This document shows positions 13,750 through 27,305 of a DNA stretch of 64,000 bases, piece after piece (positions within the stretch are counted from its first letter, which is position 1; each line of letters opens with the position of its first letter). Source of the DNA: Dipteris shenzhenensis (Eukaryota); assembly GCA_047967505.1 (NCBI GenBank), contig CM106538.1, one strand, 5' to 3'. The notes beneath the pieces are model-generated. The model worked only from the letters and a program-made list of their open reading frames with translations, made no database searches and was not told where the DNA came from. The position numbers and the translations under genes were made by a program.

Positions 13750-14885
13750 TGACCTCATCATCTATAATGGTTTGGACCAATGGCCTTCTTCTTCGTTTCC
13801 TCGCCTCCTCCTAGGGCCGATCCTTCTCATCTCCTCTTAGCCCCCCAATCCACACACCATGACATCCTCCGCAACATACAACATAACACGACATACACTT
13901 CAACCATAGGCTATCCCCCAAGTACGCTGCCTGCCTTCTACCCTACTTGCAAATCTTATGGACATCCCACGTCTTGAGGATTGAGGAGCTGTGATCACCC
14001 ACCCACTCCCTTCACGCTGCCACCCTCCACACCTTTCCTTGCACCACATGGTCCACTCATCTGCCACCTATTGGCTCAATCCCCTGCAATAGCAGGTACG
14101 CTGATGAGTGTAAGGCATCATGCTGCCAACTCAGATTTGAAAGCAAGCACCATCTTTCGAGGAGATGGAGACTATACGTGAGCATTACCATTTGGTACGT
14201 GGAAAGAAGCAGGCATTCGTCTTTTAGAATAAGGAGTTACTAAATGTCTTGTTTAGCAGCAACTCCAAGACTTTTGGGTGGAAGTTCCTTGAGTGACGGG
14301 CTTCTCCTCCTCTCACCAAACTCAGGCACTCCTGTCCACGTACACTATACGATATTCCTCACTAGTCATCCCCGGATGTCTCATTACTACCTAGCCCCAC
14401 AGTCGATGCACCTTTCACCATCTATGACATTCGACACGCATCTTTAAATCTACATTATGGCCGAGCCAAAGATCATGAGGGACTATGTGTTGAATACATT
14501 GCGTATGGACTAAGGGGACACAATCAACTAGGATGACAATTGCAATTTTCTAACAGAGACCTACTGCGAGGCAGGCATAGAGGGCCACATAGGTCGATTG
14601 TCAGCAGCGTTCTATCACGGTCTTACCTCTGAGCGACATCGGCCTCTTGAGACGTGCCCATTCTCAGCCAGCCAGCAGAGCTGTCCCTCAAACAGCACAC
14701 AGAGGACCGTCATAGTGATATCACACTATAAATCTATCTTTTTCATGGGTTGTTAGATATTAGTATGTCTTGGGTGTGGATGCCCACTTGGTGGCCCCAC
14801 TTATTCTCATTGTATCTGATTTTTTCAGTTTCATAGACCTTCCAATCTTTCGGAGACTTTACTAAATTTTTTTATCTCCTTTCTT
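13750..14885 (+). mobile_element. Degenerate CCHC-LINE family copy
   Basis: Ends with TCATAGACCTTCCAATCTTTCGGAGACTTTACTAAA plus a T-rich tail at about 14830-14885. 5' limit uncertain. Confidence 0.5.
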
Positions 14886-15191
14886 TCATCCATTCTTTCT
14901 GCTCAAGCCAAACTTTACCAAGCATAGGCTCCCCTCATTGATTAGGCCCTTGGCCTGTAATATGCAAGAGTGATAGCCAAGCTTGACACATTTCTTAGTG
15001 AAATGTGTCACAACGTGTATTCTTTCTCTCTTTGCTGTATTACGGTGCTGCTGTCCTGATTCCCTCTTTTCTTTCTTGGTAATGTTTTTCATACATGTAC
15101 TTCAGAGTTCCAACTTGTCTGCTGAAACTGGCTAGGTGGTTCATGTTATTGTTCTATTGCAACCTTTGAGGGGCCTTCAATCTGTTTGCAG

Positions 15192-15296
15192 GATAGGATA
15201 AAGCACACGTCTTTGCTTGACATCGCAAGGAGTATATTGAATGAAAGGTGGGATGCAGAGAGGCAGGAGTATGCTTTGCCTCCTTCGCTGGCACTG
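15192..15296 (+). CDS. PMK: Phosphomevalonate kinase, internal exon C (DRIKHTSLLDIARSILNERWDAERQEYALPPSLAL)
   Basis: tttgcAG acceptor and GTGAGT donor, 105 bp, phase 0. Matches the plant PMK IL..KWD..R.EF.LPP.M.L segment that precedes LGEPG. Not in the ORF track. Confidence 0.88.
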
Positions 15297-16429
15297 GTGA
15301 GTCAAAAAGTCTGTGATATTTTGTAGTCGTGGATTGTAAGGTGTCTCATAATCTATCAAGATCCTATTTCCTTCAATTCTCATATATGTATTGCTTCTGC
15401 AGTCCTTATAAAGATAATTTCAAACTATCTATGAAAGTGTGTTGTACTGTCCTGCTACATAATGCATGAGCTGTGCTAATTCTTCCTATGAGGCATACTT
15501 GAAGAGCAAATGTGAAACCTCCCAATGAACCTTCAAACTTCTGCAATCAAAAGGTTTCAATAGTTAATGAGGATTTGTATCTGAACTGGAAACTTCACTT
15601 CATCATAAAGCTCAAATTAAATGCTCTTTAGTGTTAATGGGGCTTTTGGGCTATATTCCTGCTTTGCCCCGCTTTACTATTCACGCCTTCTGACACTCTT
15701 TCCCCTCCCCTCGGGAAAAAACCCCACACCCGAGAAAATAACCTTCCCCCGGAGAAAATAAGAACTAAGAAAATGAGATGCTGGAGAAACCAGTTGTCCT
15801 TTGGCGTGCTTCACAGGTCCTAGCACACTGCCCAAGTACCCTGGAAGCATGTGCCAATAATCCGTGTGGTGGAAACAACCAGTTCATTGATCTATGGTGG
15901 CCATACTCCTCCTTGCCCAGTCTGCGGTTCAAGCCCTTCTCTTCCCAATCATCCCACTACAATGATCCTTTGCCACTCAAGGGAGTCAAACACCTCATCA
16001 TCCACTGGCTCGTGGTCAGTAGATTCCACCTTAATGAGGAGCATCCCTTTGGTGCCGATGCTGAAGAAAACCAGGTATGACACATCCTTCTAGCACCCGT
16101 CATCACACATTGCCTCAAATGGTAGGCCATGAAGAGGGTTTGGAAGAGCCCCTTGTCATAAAGAACCGGCATCTATGGCATCTACAAACCCTTGTCGAAT
16201 CTCCTTTCTCCAAGCCTCTAGGGTGGCTGTGTCTATCTCCTCAATCCTATGAGCTATCTGTCTCAAATGTGCCAATGCCTACAGGTCCTCCTTTGGCTAC
16301 TATGGGAGCCGGCTCCATGGATTAAGAATTAAAAATAGCAGTAGTATATTTACAGAAGGCAAAAAAAGCTTGATGTGGTTTGCTCAAAATCCCCAAAGGG
16401 AGCTGTAATAACAATTGCCTAAAGTTTGT

Positions 16430-17525
16430 TCAGGACAGGAGCACCTTCAGGGAGGCTGGAGCATTCGCACGTTTTAGACAGGAGGGTTTTTGGTCTTGCT
16501 TCTCGATTTTGAGAAGGCATGTCACAGGGTAAAGTGGGAGTTTATGGAGGGACCATGAAGGAGATGGCTTTTCTAGGCCAGTGGATTACAGGGGTGTCAG
16601 CTCTTTACTCCTTGCCTCCTAGTTAGATCCTCATCAAGGGTGCCAGATCAGTGAGACAGGGTTGTAGCTGAGGCCATGAGCAGTGATGTAAAAGACAGTG
16701 GCACTGGCATTCGAGACATGAGGATACCCATTGGAGTTTCAGAGGAGCTTGTGGATATGGAGTTCATAGATGATAGAATAGTTTATTTGGAGGGTGGACA
16801 GGCCGATTTCATGGCCTTTGTTTCTGCTATGGAGTTTTTTGCTTGGCTTCTGGAGCTCTCATAAACTGGCATAAATCCTATGGGAATTGGGTCAAAGATT
16901 CACTCCATCGTTAGTGGAGCCCATACATAAATTGGGAGTTTTTGTGAATGAGGTGGGTTTTCTAGGCCAGTAGATTACAGGGATGTCAGCTCTTTACTCC
17001 ATGCCTGCTAGTTAGATCTCATCAAGGGTGCGAGAGGAGACAGATTCTACAGAGCCAATCAGTGAGACAGGGTCATCCATTAGCAAATTCCTCTTGTTAT
17101 TTGTAAGATTAGTGAGACAGGGTTGTAGCTGAAGCCATGAGCAGTTATTTGAGAGACAGTGGCACTGACATTCGAGACATGAGGATGCCCATTGGAGTTT
17201 TAGAGGATGAGTTTGTAGATGATAGAAGACTTTATTTGGAGGGTGGACAGGCCGATTTCATGACCTTTTTTTCTACTAAGGAGGTGTTTTGCTTGACTTT
17301 TGGAGCTCTCGTAAATTGGTATATGGGATTTAGGTCAATGATTTACTTCCATTGTCAGTGGAGCCCACCCATGGACTTTACTTGGGTTCCTAGAGGGACA
17401 TCAGAGAGTTATCTCTGTTGTCACGCAGGCATAAACGCCATGGCAGAGTAGTAGTTGGCCCAACTTCATTTGAGTGTTTGACACAAGCTCCTTTAATGGA
17501 GCTTAGCTAGGTTATCATTGGCAGA
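16430..17525 (+). mobile_element. L1/Tx1-type LINE RT fragment with an internal tandem duplication
   Basis: LLLDFEKA..RV.WEFMEG-like text at about 16495, similar to the RT at 61280-61795; about 16560-16920 is repeated at about 16950-17380. Confidence 0.7.
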
Positions 17526-17699
17526 GAAAGAAAAAAAGAAAGGTGTGTTAACATCTTCAGGAGACCTCGTGGGTCTATGAGACAAGATACAAGATATATG
17601 TAACCCATACAAGCCACTGTGGGCTGCTCACTAAGGCCCTTGCTGAGTTCTAAATGCTAAGAATGCAAAAAAACCCTAGTACAACTAGTACAAAACATT

Positions 17700-20181
17700 T
17701 TTCCCCTAATTCTAGGGCTTCTTTGCACTTTCCTTGGTCCTACACATTGCCACAAACAACATTCAACACTTTAACCCGTTAAAGGTTAGTCTAATGCATG
17801 CATTCTAGTTCTTGGACTATTTCTAGTCCCTTGTGGGCATCCCCACAGTTCTCTTTTTACTGATGCAAAGAAAAAGTAAAACAATAAAACTTATTCTTGG
17901 TTAATTAGCTTAACCATTCTTTGACCAAAGTCAATTCTAATAAAGATTATTCTTTATTTTCTTGGGAGAAGCCCCAACTGGTGACAGATTCCCTCGTGAG
18001 GCCAGAGATAAGCTACAGTCGATGCCTCAAGACACCGAGCTAGATCGAGCACAAACATGCATCACGCATTTTTACACATTCGAGCCAACGCCCGATGAGA
18101 TCGAGGGGGAGAAGCTCGAGGAGAGGAGAGCACTATGGATCAGCAGTGAGACCCGTCATCACCACGATATGGCTGGACGAGAGATGCGGAGACCACACAT
18201 GACACGTGGGGCGACCAGAGCACGCACGATTGAGGTTCAACCTATCTCAGTGCTCCTCAGAGGGGACTGCCAGAGACGAGGCATTACTCTTGATGTAGCC
18301 CATCGGATACAGAGATCCAAGAGAGAGCGCCCCCCGCCACCGCAGGAGACAACCCGACAGAATCAGAGGGCCAAAAAGCAGGTCCTACCAAAGACAAAAA
18401 GCATCCAGAAAGTGGGCGCTTATATGGAGGAGGGCCCCAGCTAGGCAAACAAGCAGAAAAAGCAGCGCAATTCTCAAGAAAAGCCCTAAAAGCAGTAGAA
18501 AAAGCTAGAAAGCTTGGTTTTTGTATAAAAGTAGCTTTTAGGAAGAACAAAAGCATAAAATATCTTTTAAAAAGCACTAAAGCTAGAAATAGCTTTCAGA
18601 AAGCAGGTTTAGCTTTTTCCTAGGCCAAGTTTATCAAAGAAGAGCCAAAGAGCTCAAGATCATTCAGTTTTGTACTCAGTTCATGCTCTTGTGAAGAGCC
18701 AGTTGTACAAAGACTATTTTCTATTGCAATAAAGACCTTCGGGGGGGGGGGGGAGGGGGCGGCCCTTCTTTTTGGCCCCTAGTGCTATGTTCTTGCTTCT
18801 CTCCCTCATCTCCCAGCTACTCTACTTGTCGGCATTCACGTTTCAACAAGCTCTTCAAAGTTCCCACGCTTTGTTCAAGTTCCGGTTACAGATTCTAGTG
18901 CAGGAGCGAATTGCGATTTCTTCTATAGAGCCTGTCTTGTATTGCGTGCCAGGTTCTTGAGCTCGAGAGTGTCTTCTATAGAGCCTGTCTTGGATTGCGT
19001 GCCAGGTTCTTGAGCTCGAGAGTGTTTCCTTTGCTGCGATTTTGGTTTCTATGCGTGGATTGAAGCCCGTAAGTGCCTACAAGCCGTGCCCGAGAGCCCA
19101 GGAGGAATTTGTGATTGGTTTGAGGGTTGTTCTTTGGTTTAGTTATGGTTTCAGTGGTATCAGAGCCAGGTTGTTTGCTCTCTTTGGTGACCACGATTCA
19201 AGAAGCTTGCAGGCTCAGAGATTCGCAGGCCCTTGCTGTATCTGCGTATTTCTGGTCCCGATTCCCCGGACAATTGGTTGCACCATACAACTAAAAGCCA
19301 CTCCCACCCTTACTTCATCGCGCATCGGGTCGGCTCTCGTCTTCACCCAAACGCATTTACTACCTCAAAGAGGAGTGGAGCTCTGCAATTAGTTGTCTAA
19401 ACAAGAAGTCATGGTTTCGGAGCAAGGGAGTTCAGCTTTCAAGAGGCCCGGTTCAGCTTTCAAGAAGCAATCTAAGGGACCTGAGAACAATCTTAGTGAA
19501 GGATTCATGAAAGAAAAGATCAAGGAGTTCCAGATTCTTAAGGAGAAACCTCGATTTCAGCAATTATTTAAGGAGATGATGTCCTATCTAGGGTCAAAGC
19601 TAGGAAAAGAAAAGGGAGACAAAGAACTTTCTCATACTTCTTCATCAAAAGAGTCTTCTCAGCATTCTCCTTTCTCTAGGGAGGATTCATGGAGTCCTGC
19701 ATCACGCCAGAAGCGTCAAACTTCAAGAAAACGAGGGAGGAGTCTGAAGCCACACGGGAGACGAAGTCGAAAGCATGGAAGGAGAACTCCGAGTTCAAGC
19801 GCATCTTCTTCTAGTTCTTCCTTATCTTCTTCTTCTTCCTCTTCCTCATCTTCTTCTAAATCCGGAGGACGCTCTCGTCATAAGCGCAGAAGAAGATCCA
19901 AATCTCGAAGTAAGGATTTCAAGGAAGGAGGTAAGTTTGTCAAGTTCAATACTTTTGATGGAAAGTATGGAGCCACTGAGAAAGCTTTGCAGTTCATCCG
20001 CGAGTTTGACATAGCCTTCAAAATGGGGCACTATCGCGAGAAGTCCAAGTTAAAGATTGTGAGTCTTCATCTGACAAATAGTGCCAGTGCTTGGTGGGGA
20101 GCTCTTCTTGTTGCGGAAGAATCTCCAAAGACTTGGAAAGAATTCAAGAAGTAGTTCTATGAACAGTTCTTGCCTAAGAAT
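17700..20181 (+). mobile_element. Truncated Ty3/gypsy element B: LTR end, PBS and Ser/Arg-rich gag
   Basis: ...GGTTTCA-G-TGGTATCAGAGCC (iMet PBS, about 19155); AATAAAGACCTTCGGGGG LTR motif shared with the 34285 LTR; ORF 19393-20154 ends in gag-like FDGKY...ASAWW...TWKEFKK. Left boundary uncertain. Confidence 0.7.
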
Positions 20182-21990
20182 TGAAGGGACATGTGGAGAG
20201 GGGAGCATCACTCTAAGACTAGGAACAGAATGGAAAGATGGAAAGCATAATGAAAATGGAAAGAAAGTACAAGTGCAAGGCAATGATAACCAAAATACTC
20301 ACATGTAGATAAAGCTTGATGTTGATTGATGTGATTGACAATAGACAAGTACAATACTATATAGTGTGCCACTAGACTCTAGAAAGTCACAATGTCTATG
20401 GGATATCTCCCAATATGACAAGTGGCATGTCTAGGAATCACTAGACTATAAAACCACACCTAGACCACCTAGAACACTCATTTTAGACTCACTTTGGCTT
20501 CATATTCAACACCCCCCCATGAAGGCAAGGTGAGAGACTATTGGAATAGAACCAAGAACAGAACATGACAATGACAGTCATCAAACTGTGCACCCTATGT
20601 AACTCAGAGGCTAAAGTCTGAGCGTGTTCAAAGGTTGATCCAAGCATTCTCATGGCTTGAGACTCAACATGCTCAAAGGCTCATGTTATAGCATGGCTAC
20701 ATGACCAGCTTATAGGTGTAGGAATACACCAACATCCTGGAACTCGGCCAGGCCTGATAAGGAGACCTATCAAAGCCATTACATATGGCTCCCACAGTTC
20801 ATCCCCCCTTGGCTTCATAACAGGACATGTTAGGAAGCCACACACCAAAATAGGAAAACCAATACATCTTTTTAGGAGGACTATCCAAGGCAGAGGACCT
20901 TTAGACTCAATGAAAACCGACCACTCAATACATATCATTTTAGGGGGACTACCCAGGGCAAGGGACCCCAACATACATCAAGCTATAGGAATAGATTTAA
21001 AAAAATCTCTCTTTATATAAGAGACGTCCTCCGCAAAGTGGTTGCGCATGTGTGTGCACATTCTTCCTGAAATTCCGGGAAGAATGCCCCCTAAAGAAAG
21101 TGTCGATGAAGTCCATGGGAACAACTCGTGGAGCGATCACCGCATGACTCTCAACGTGTCGAAGTGAGAGCCACCTAAAAGTCGATGTAGAGGCCATAGG
21201 TACCACGAGCAATCGGAAAGTCGAACAATGTGAAGAACCTCAGGCACCGATCAAATAAGCAATGTCGGGGTGGAGGCTCAAATTTGAGCACTTATGCCCA
21301 AATGGGGCAAAGTTCCCAAGTGAATGGGCAAAATAGTGATAAATTTAAATGAATGTGGGGGCTTCAATAGAGCTGAAGGGATGCAGAAATCAGAAAAGAC
21401 CTAAATTCTGCAAATTAGGGTTTAGCAGAAAATTAGGGTCTCAAGAATTTTGGGGCTTTCCAAAAATTTTGAAGCAATGTGTTCCTTCAACAGTTAGGAA
21501 CCCTCACACCATAGAAATCCTTGGAAAGTTTAAAATCTGGGGTAGAAATTGGAGAAATCGAAAATTAGTGTGAGAAGCAGCTTGCCCGTGTTTCTCGAGG
21601 AGCAAGTCTATGTCTTCATGAGTAAAGAAAACACGCCCATCAATCCATCTTCGTTTCCTGAAGAAGATAATGGATCATATTTCGATGCACGAGCGCACAA
21701 AGATACCCATGGGAAGTAGCCACTACAAACATCAACAGATGACGAAATGCAGTCTTGATTTCGTCACACCTTGCAGATGGAATAACTTTTGATACAGAGC
21801 TCCGATTGAGACAAAGTACACCAAAACTGTAGCTCTTGAAGTGTACTACAACTTTCTTTCAGAAACCAAATGGAAATTCCACTTGTAGCTCAAGATATAA
21901 GCGCCGCACTGGTCGCAGGTCTCAGAATGGCAGGCAGAGTGGCGAGCAAAATCCGCAGCAGCTCCAGCTCCACTCAGCAGCTCTAGCTCC
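20182..21990 (-). mobile_element. Probable 3' LTR (20182-20511) plus non-coding internal remnant of another LTR element
   Basis: Interrupts gag B abruptly; TG...TTCAACA followed by CCCCCCC (PPT on the - strand). No second LTR or PBS seen. Confidence 0.45.
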
Positions 21991-22799
21991 ATATTTGCGA
22001 TTGGTGTGAGGGTTGTTCTTTGGTTTAGTTACGGTTTCAGTGGTATCAGAGCCAGGTTGGTTGCTCTCTTTGGTGACCACGATCCAAGAAGCTTACAAGC
22101 TCAGAGATTCGCAGGCCCTTGCTGTGTCTGCGTATTTTTGGTCCCGATTCCCCGGACAATCGGTTACACCATACAACTAAAAGCCACTCCCACCCTTACT
22201 TCATCGCGCATCGGGCCGGCTCTCGTCTTCACCCGTACGCATTTACTACCTCAAAGAGGAGTGGAGCTCTGCAATTAGTTGTGTCTAAACAAGAAGTCAT
22301 GGTTTTGGAGCAAGGGAGTTCTGTTACACACAACTTCTATTTCCTACTGCAGATCATGGGAGTAGCACCAATTCTTTCCTCCCAGCCAACCTTGCTGAAG
22401 CACACGAGCTGACATAGAATTACCGTCCAAAACATACGTGAATAATTCATTCTCTTCTCTCTCTAGCTTCAACAAGCCCCATCTCCCTAGATGGATCTAG
22501 ATGCCACATGTCATCATCATAGAGCCTTCCTAATGCAACATTTCACCCCTCTCTTGGGATGCTTTAAAATTCTTTGCCCCTAGGCACATTCCTTGCATTA
22601 GGCCCTTAGCCTTAGATCCACCTAGTCTGGTGCTATCAACCCTCACCTAGGATTTTAACATTAATTCCCTCCTGATCATTTACATGAAGCGCAAACAAAT
22701 AATTACAGATATAGATCCTTCAAGGGAAATGTCGACTGATTCTTCCGAGGTCATGCTACCTTGGCTAGAGCGTAACATTTCTTCCCTCTTCAGACATCA

Positions 22800-25700
22800 G
22801 CGTCCTCGATGATAAAATCTGGGAACACTCTCCGCAACTGGTACACGGATTCCCAGGTAGCTTCGGATAGAGGCTGACCATGCCATGCAACCAACATCGT
22901 GGGTATCTTCCCATTTCGTATTTGCATTATTCCTCGGTCCAGGATTCTTGTTGGTTTGCGCCTCGCATTATCCTCTATCTCCTAAAACAAAACCACACCT
23001 TCGATTAGTGAGTCACCTGTATGTAAAAATTTCTTTAAGCGTGAAACAAAAACCGGGTGCACCTTACACCCCTGTGGCAATTCTAATTTATAGGCTACCT
23101 TGCCTATTCTCTTTAGAATTAACCACGGCCCACAGTATCGAGGTGATAACTTAGCACACTCTCCTGAAGTCAACGACTTCGAAGGCGAAGGAACTGTGAG
23201 AAAAACTTTTTCTCCTTCCTTAAATACTCTTATAGACCGGTTTTCATCCGCATACCCCTTGGCTCTATCCATAGCTTGGCGGATATTAGCTCTCGCAAGT
23301 GCTAGCATCTCCTGCATCTGAACTACCAAGTTCGCGGCACTAGGCACTTTCTGAGGTACTCCAACTATAGTTGGATTTACTGGTCTATAACCATAGTTCA
23401 GTTCAAACGGACAGTTCAAACGGACTGAACCCGGTAGAGGAATGTTTTCTATCATTGTAGGCAAATTCTAACAATGGCAACCACTTGTCCCACGTATGTT
23501 GCCTCAATGACACATATGCTCTCAGCATATCCTCTAAAGTCTGGTTGACTCTCTCCGTCTAACCATCCGTCTCAGGATGATCCCCACTACTCATTCCCAA
23601 CTCAGTCCTTAGTGTCTCAAATACCGCGGTCCAAAAATGACCGGTAAATCTGACATCTCTGTCTGACACTATGCATCTAGGCAATCCATGCAGACGAAAT
23701 ATATGTCTAATAAATAAATCCGCCACTTGCGGGGCACTAACAGACTCTCTAGTCGGAATGAAGTGAGCCATCTTAGTTAGACGATCAACCACACCACAAG
23801 GATAGAATCATACCTCCTTGTGTCGTAGGCAGCCCTACAATAAAGTCCATGGAAATACTCTCCCACTTACTTAGTGGTACTTCCAAGGGCTGTAAAAGTC
23901 CGGGTGGCTTCACCCGCTCGGCCTTACTTACCTGACATGAGAAACACCGTGTCACATATTCATGAATATGCTTTTTCATTTTTGGCCAAAAGAAATCTTT
24001 TTTCACGAGATCATATGTCTTCTCGACTCCTGGGTGTCCCGCACACGGGCTATCATGGCACTGTCGAATGACTCTCTGCCTGAGATCATTTTGACTAGGT
24101 ACTACAACCTTGCCATTTCTTCTCAGCATACCATCCCTTATGGTATATCTTGCATAAGTTTGGCCTTTTCTGGATGCCAGGTCATTCTTTTCATTTTCCC
24201 CGGGTTTTAACACATGAGCTTTAGGCCATAAGCTCTGGACAAACTCGTCCACCTTTTGAGTTTCTCTAATTTCGGTCATTAGAGCACTCTCTAATACCGT
24301 GAAACTCAGGTTGTGCATAATGCGAGACAACGCATCAACAACCTTGTTATCTTTTCCTCTTCGGTACCAAATCGTTAAATTAAACTCATGCATGAGCTCT
24401 GCCCACCTAGCTTGGCGGCCCCTCAAGTCAGGCTGTTTACAAAAATGTTTCAGAGTATCATGATCCACATCCACATAAAACTCTGAACCATACAAATAAT
24501 GCCTCCATGTTTTCAAAGCATGGATAACAGCATACAACTCTAATTCATGAGTTGGCCAATTCCTTTGAGAGGGAGAAAGCTTCTTGCTTTCAAAGGCTAC
24601 TGGCCTTTCCTCTTGAAGGAGAACTGCTCCTACTGCAATGCCAGTTGCATCGGTTTCCAGGAACAATGGTTTCTAGCAACTATTTTTAACACCGGTCCTG
24701 TGACCACAGCTTGTTTTATGGTGTTAAAACTTTCTTGTTGATTCTGTCCCCATATAAAAGGTACTTTATCTGAGGTCAGATCAGTCAATGGCGATACTAT
24801 TTCGGAATATCCTTTGATATGCCTTCTATAAAACTGGACAAACCCCAAGAATGATCGCAACGCGGTCAGACTCTGATGGATTGGCCAAGTTAGTATCGCA
24901 GCCACTATCTTCGGATCCATTTCTACCCCCTGTGGAGTAATTATGAATCCTAAATATTCAAGCCTAACCATACACAGTGTAGTTTTCTTTTTATTTACAT
25001 AAAGACTGGCTTTCCTCAAAGTATTGAACACTATTCTTAAGTGTTCACGATGCTCAGCAATACTTTTACTGAATATCAGGATATCGTCAATAAAATGTAC
25101 TACGAACTTTCCGATATACGGACGTAGTAAATCGTTCATAAGCATGACGAATGTCGCTGGAGCATTGGTAAGTCCAAAGGGCATTACCAAAAACTCATAA
25201 TGACCAAACCTGCTTCTGAAAGCGGTTTTATGCACATCCTCGGCTCTTATCCGGATCTGATGGTAGCTACAGTTAAGATCTATCTTGCTGAAAATCACGG
25301 CTCCATGTAATGCATCTAGCAAATCATCAATCCGAGCCATCGGATACCTGTGCTTAACAGTGATATTATTAAATGCTCTGTAATCTATATAGAGGCGAAA
25401 CGTATCATCCTTTTTCTTCTTTAATATCACTGGCAAAGCAAAAGGTGAGAAACTTCGTTGAATTTGCCCCAACTTGAGGTATTCTTCCAATTGTCTACGG
25501 ACCTCCGCCTCTTCAGTAAAACTCATTCTATAGGGAGGTCTATATACAGGTTCTGCCCTTGGGATCAGCTCAATCTTATGTTGAACATTCCGCTCTGGAG
25601 GTAACCCATAAGGTAGTTCATCCCTAAAACATTCAGAGAACTCCTCTGTTATAAGATTAGTCAGCTTGGCCATCTCACCACTTTGCGTAACATCAGTGCT

Positions 25701-25844
25701 AGCCGAAGAATCATCAACCGGCTCCATCGATGCTGTGCAAAGGAATAAAAACTCTTCTTGAGCTTTTCGGATTTCCATCACGGAAACCAACGGTCCCTGA
25801 GGTATATCTTTTTCACCTCGCAAGACATAAAGCACATCATTCAT
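22800..25844 (-). pseudogene. Gypsy pol (RT-RNase H-integrase-chromodomain) broken into several ORFs
   Basis: RT MPFGLTNAP and FIDDILIFS; RNase H TDATGIAVGAVL; integrase HHCC, SMDFI, IVSDRD, HPETDG; GPW motif. Confidence 0.9.
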
Positions 25845-25868
25845 CTTGAATTGATATACGTGCTTTTT

Positions 25869-27305
25869 TCAATCAATGGCTAGATTCTTCCTAGAATGCC
25901 ACGCCATACCCAGGGCTATATCTGCATGAGCAAGCTTGGTCATTTCAAAATCAAGCTTCTCAGCATAGTCCTGAATACGAAGCTCCAACTGGGTAACTCT
26001 TTGGTCCCATACTTGAGTTAAACTTCCATCTACCATCCTGACTGTATACGCATAGTCAGGTGGACTTGTCTTTAATTTCAGCCTCTTCACGAGCTTGGAG
26101 TTAATCACATTGTGAGTTGACGCCGAGTCAAACAACACAATGACATCATGATTGGCTACTTGCCCTTTCATTTTAATTAACTCTATATCATTAAAGGCTG
26201 TATACCCCGTTTCTGCGGGCTTAGATAGGATGTTATCACGTGTACTCGTTACTAGCTTAGTAACAGACACACATAACAAACAAGGTACTAACCTCTGAGA
26301 AGATCCTGCTAGCTGAATCTGCATCTCTTCCGCTCTGGGACTTCTCTCCATCTCCACGTCGCATTCTGAGATCACCATCTCAGCCATCCGACGATCTTTG
26401 TTACATGGACAATCCTTCCACTGATGAGGCTGAAGGCAACCAAAAGATAAGCCTTCTCTCCTCGCTTTTTCCCTTTGTTCTGGGTTTAAGGGAGACTTAG
26501 ACGAAGCCCGGGCTGCCATTGGGGTTACTTTCCTCTTCACTCCAATGGTGGTACTTGGTTTAGGAGTTTCAGCCGGTTTCGCCTGCTTGGCTTGACCACT
26601 CGGCTGAGAACCACTCCCTTTACTAATCCATTTCTTCTGAAACCCAGATTTCTTCGGATATCCATACTGGGTTCCGACCTGTGCAAACCCACTTGGCCTG
26701 CTGCCCTTGGCATCTTCATAGTTCAGGGCTATGGCTATTGCATCATCTAACATGTTCACGTACTTAGCCTGAACTTCCATTTTTATTCGATCATTCAATC
26801 CAAATATGAAATCTTTCACTTGGATTGATTGAGGCAGGGGTTCATCAACCTTCATTACACTCTCTCGAAACTTATCAGTGTATTCTGCCACCGATAAATT
26901 TCTCTGACGAAAATTCCTATATTGATCCCAAGCTTGGGATGCTTCGTTAGGAGGTAAGAAGTGTTTCCTGAATTCTCTTTTAAACTCCTCCCAGGTAGTG
27001 GATGCTATACCATCTTTTTGTTGTTTAATCCACCACCGATCCGCTGCCTCACTAAACATGTGGGTGGCCTCACGGATCTTCTTGATGTCATTTCTGATTT
27101 CACAAATGGCGAACGCCTCGTCCCATTTGTGTAACCAAGTCTCAATGACATCGAAACTACGGTCGTTCATCCAACCAAAATACTTTTCTAGCCTGTAATT
27201 GGCAATATTTGGTACTTTAGCCTTCCTAGCCTCGACCGTATGAACACTAGACTTCGGTTCCATTGGAGCCTTTCCCTTCTCATCTCGAGAAGGTCTGGTA
27301 GACAT
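25869..27305 (-). CDS. Gypsy gag plus aspartic protease
   Basis: ADRWW...TWEEFKREFRKHF gag, degenerate Zn knuckle, protease motif VLFDSASTHN. Confidence 0.85.
   Translation of the reverse strand: MSTRPSRDEKGKAPMEPKSSVHTVEARKAKVPNIANYRLEKYFGWMNDRSFDVIETWLHKWDEAFAICEIRNDIKKIREATHMFSEAADRWWIKQQKDGIASTTWEEFKREFRKHFLPPNEASQAWDQYRNFRQRNLSVAEYTDKFRESVMKVDEPLPQSIQVKDFIFGLNDRIKMEVQAKYVNMLDDAIAIALNYEDAKGSRPSGFAQVGTQYGYPKKSGFQKKWISKGSGSQPSGQAKQAKPAETPKPSTTIGVKRKVTPMAARASSKSPLNPEQREKARREGLSFGCLQPHQWKDCPCNKDRRMAEMVISECDVEMERSPRAEEMQIQLAGSSQRLVPCLLCVSVTKLVTSTRDNILSKPAETGYTAFNDIELIKMKGQVANHDVIVLFDSASTHNVINSKLVKRLKLKTSPPDYAYTVRMVDGSLTQVWDQRVTQLELRIQDYAEKLDFEMTKLAHADIALGMAWHSRKNLAID

Noticed and set aside
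8195-14155. CTGATGA motifs (about 8197 and 14101) as hammerhead ribozyme cores
   Set aside because: No convincing stem II with GAAA and flanking stems found by eye; an Infernal search would be decisive.
19393-20154. Ser/Arg-rich ORF resembling an SR splicing factor
   Set aside because: It follows an LTR end and PBS and continues into gypsy gag motifs; no RRM.
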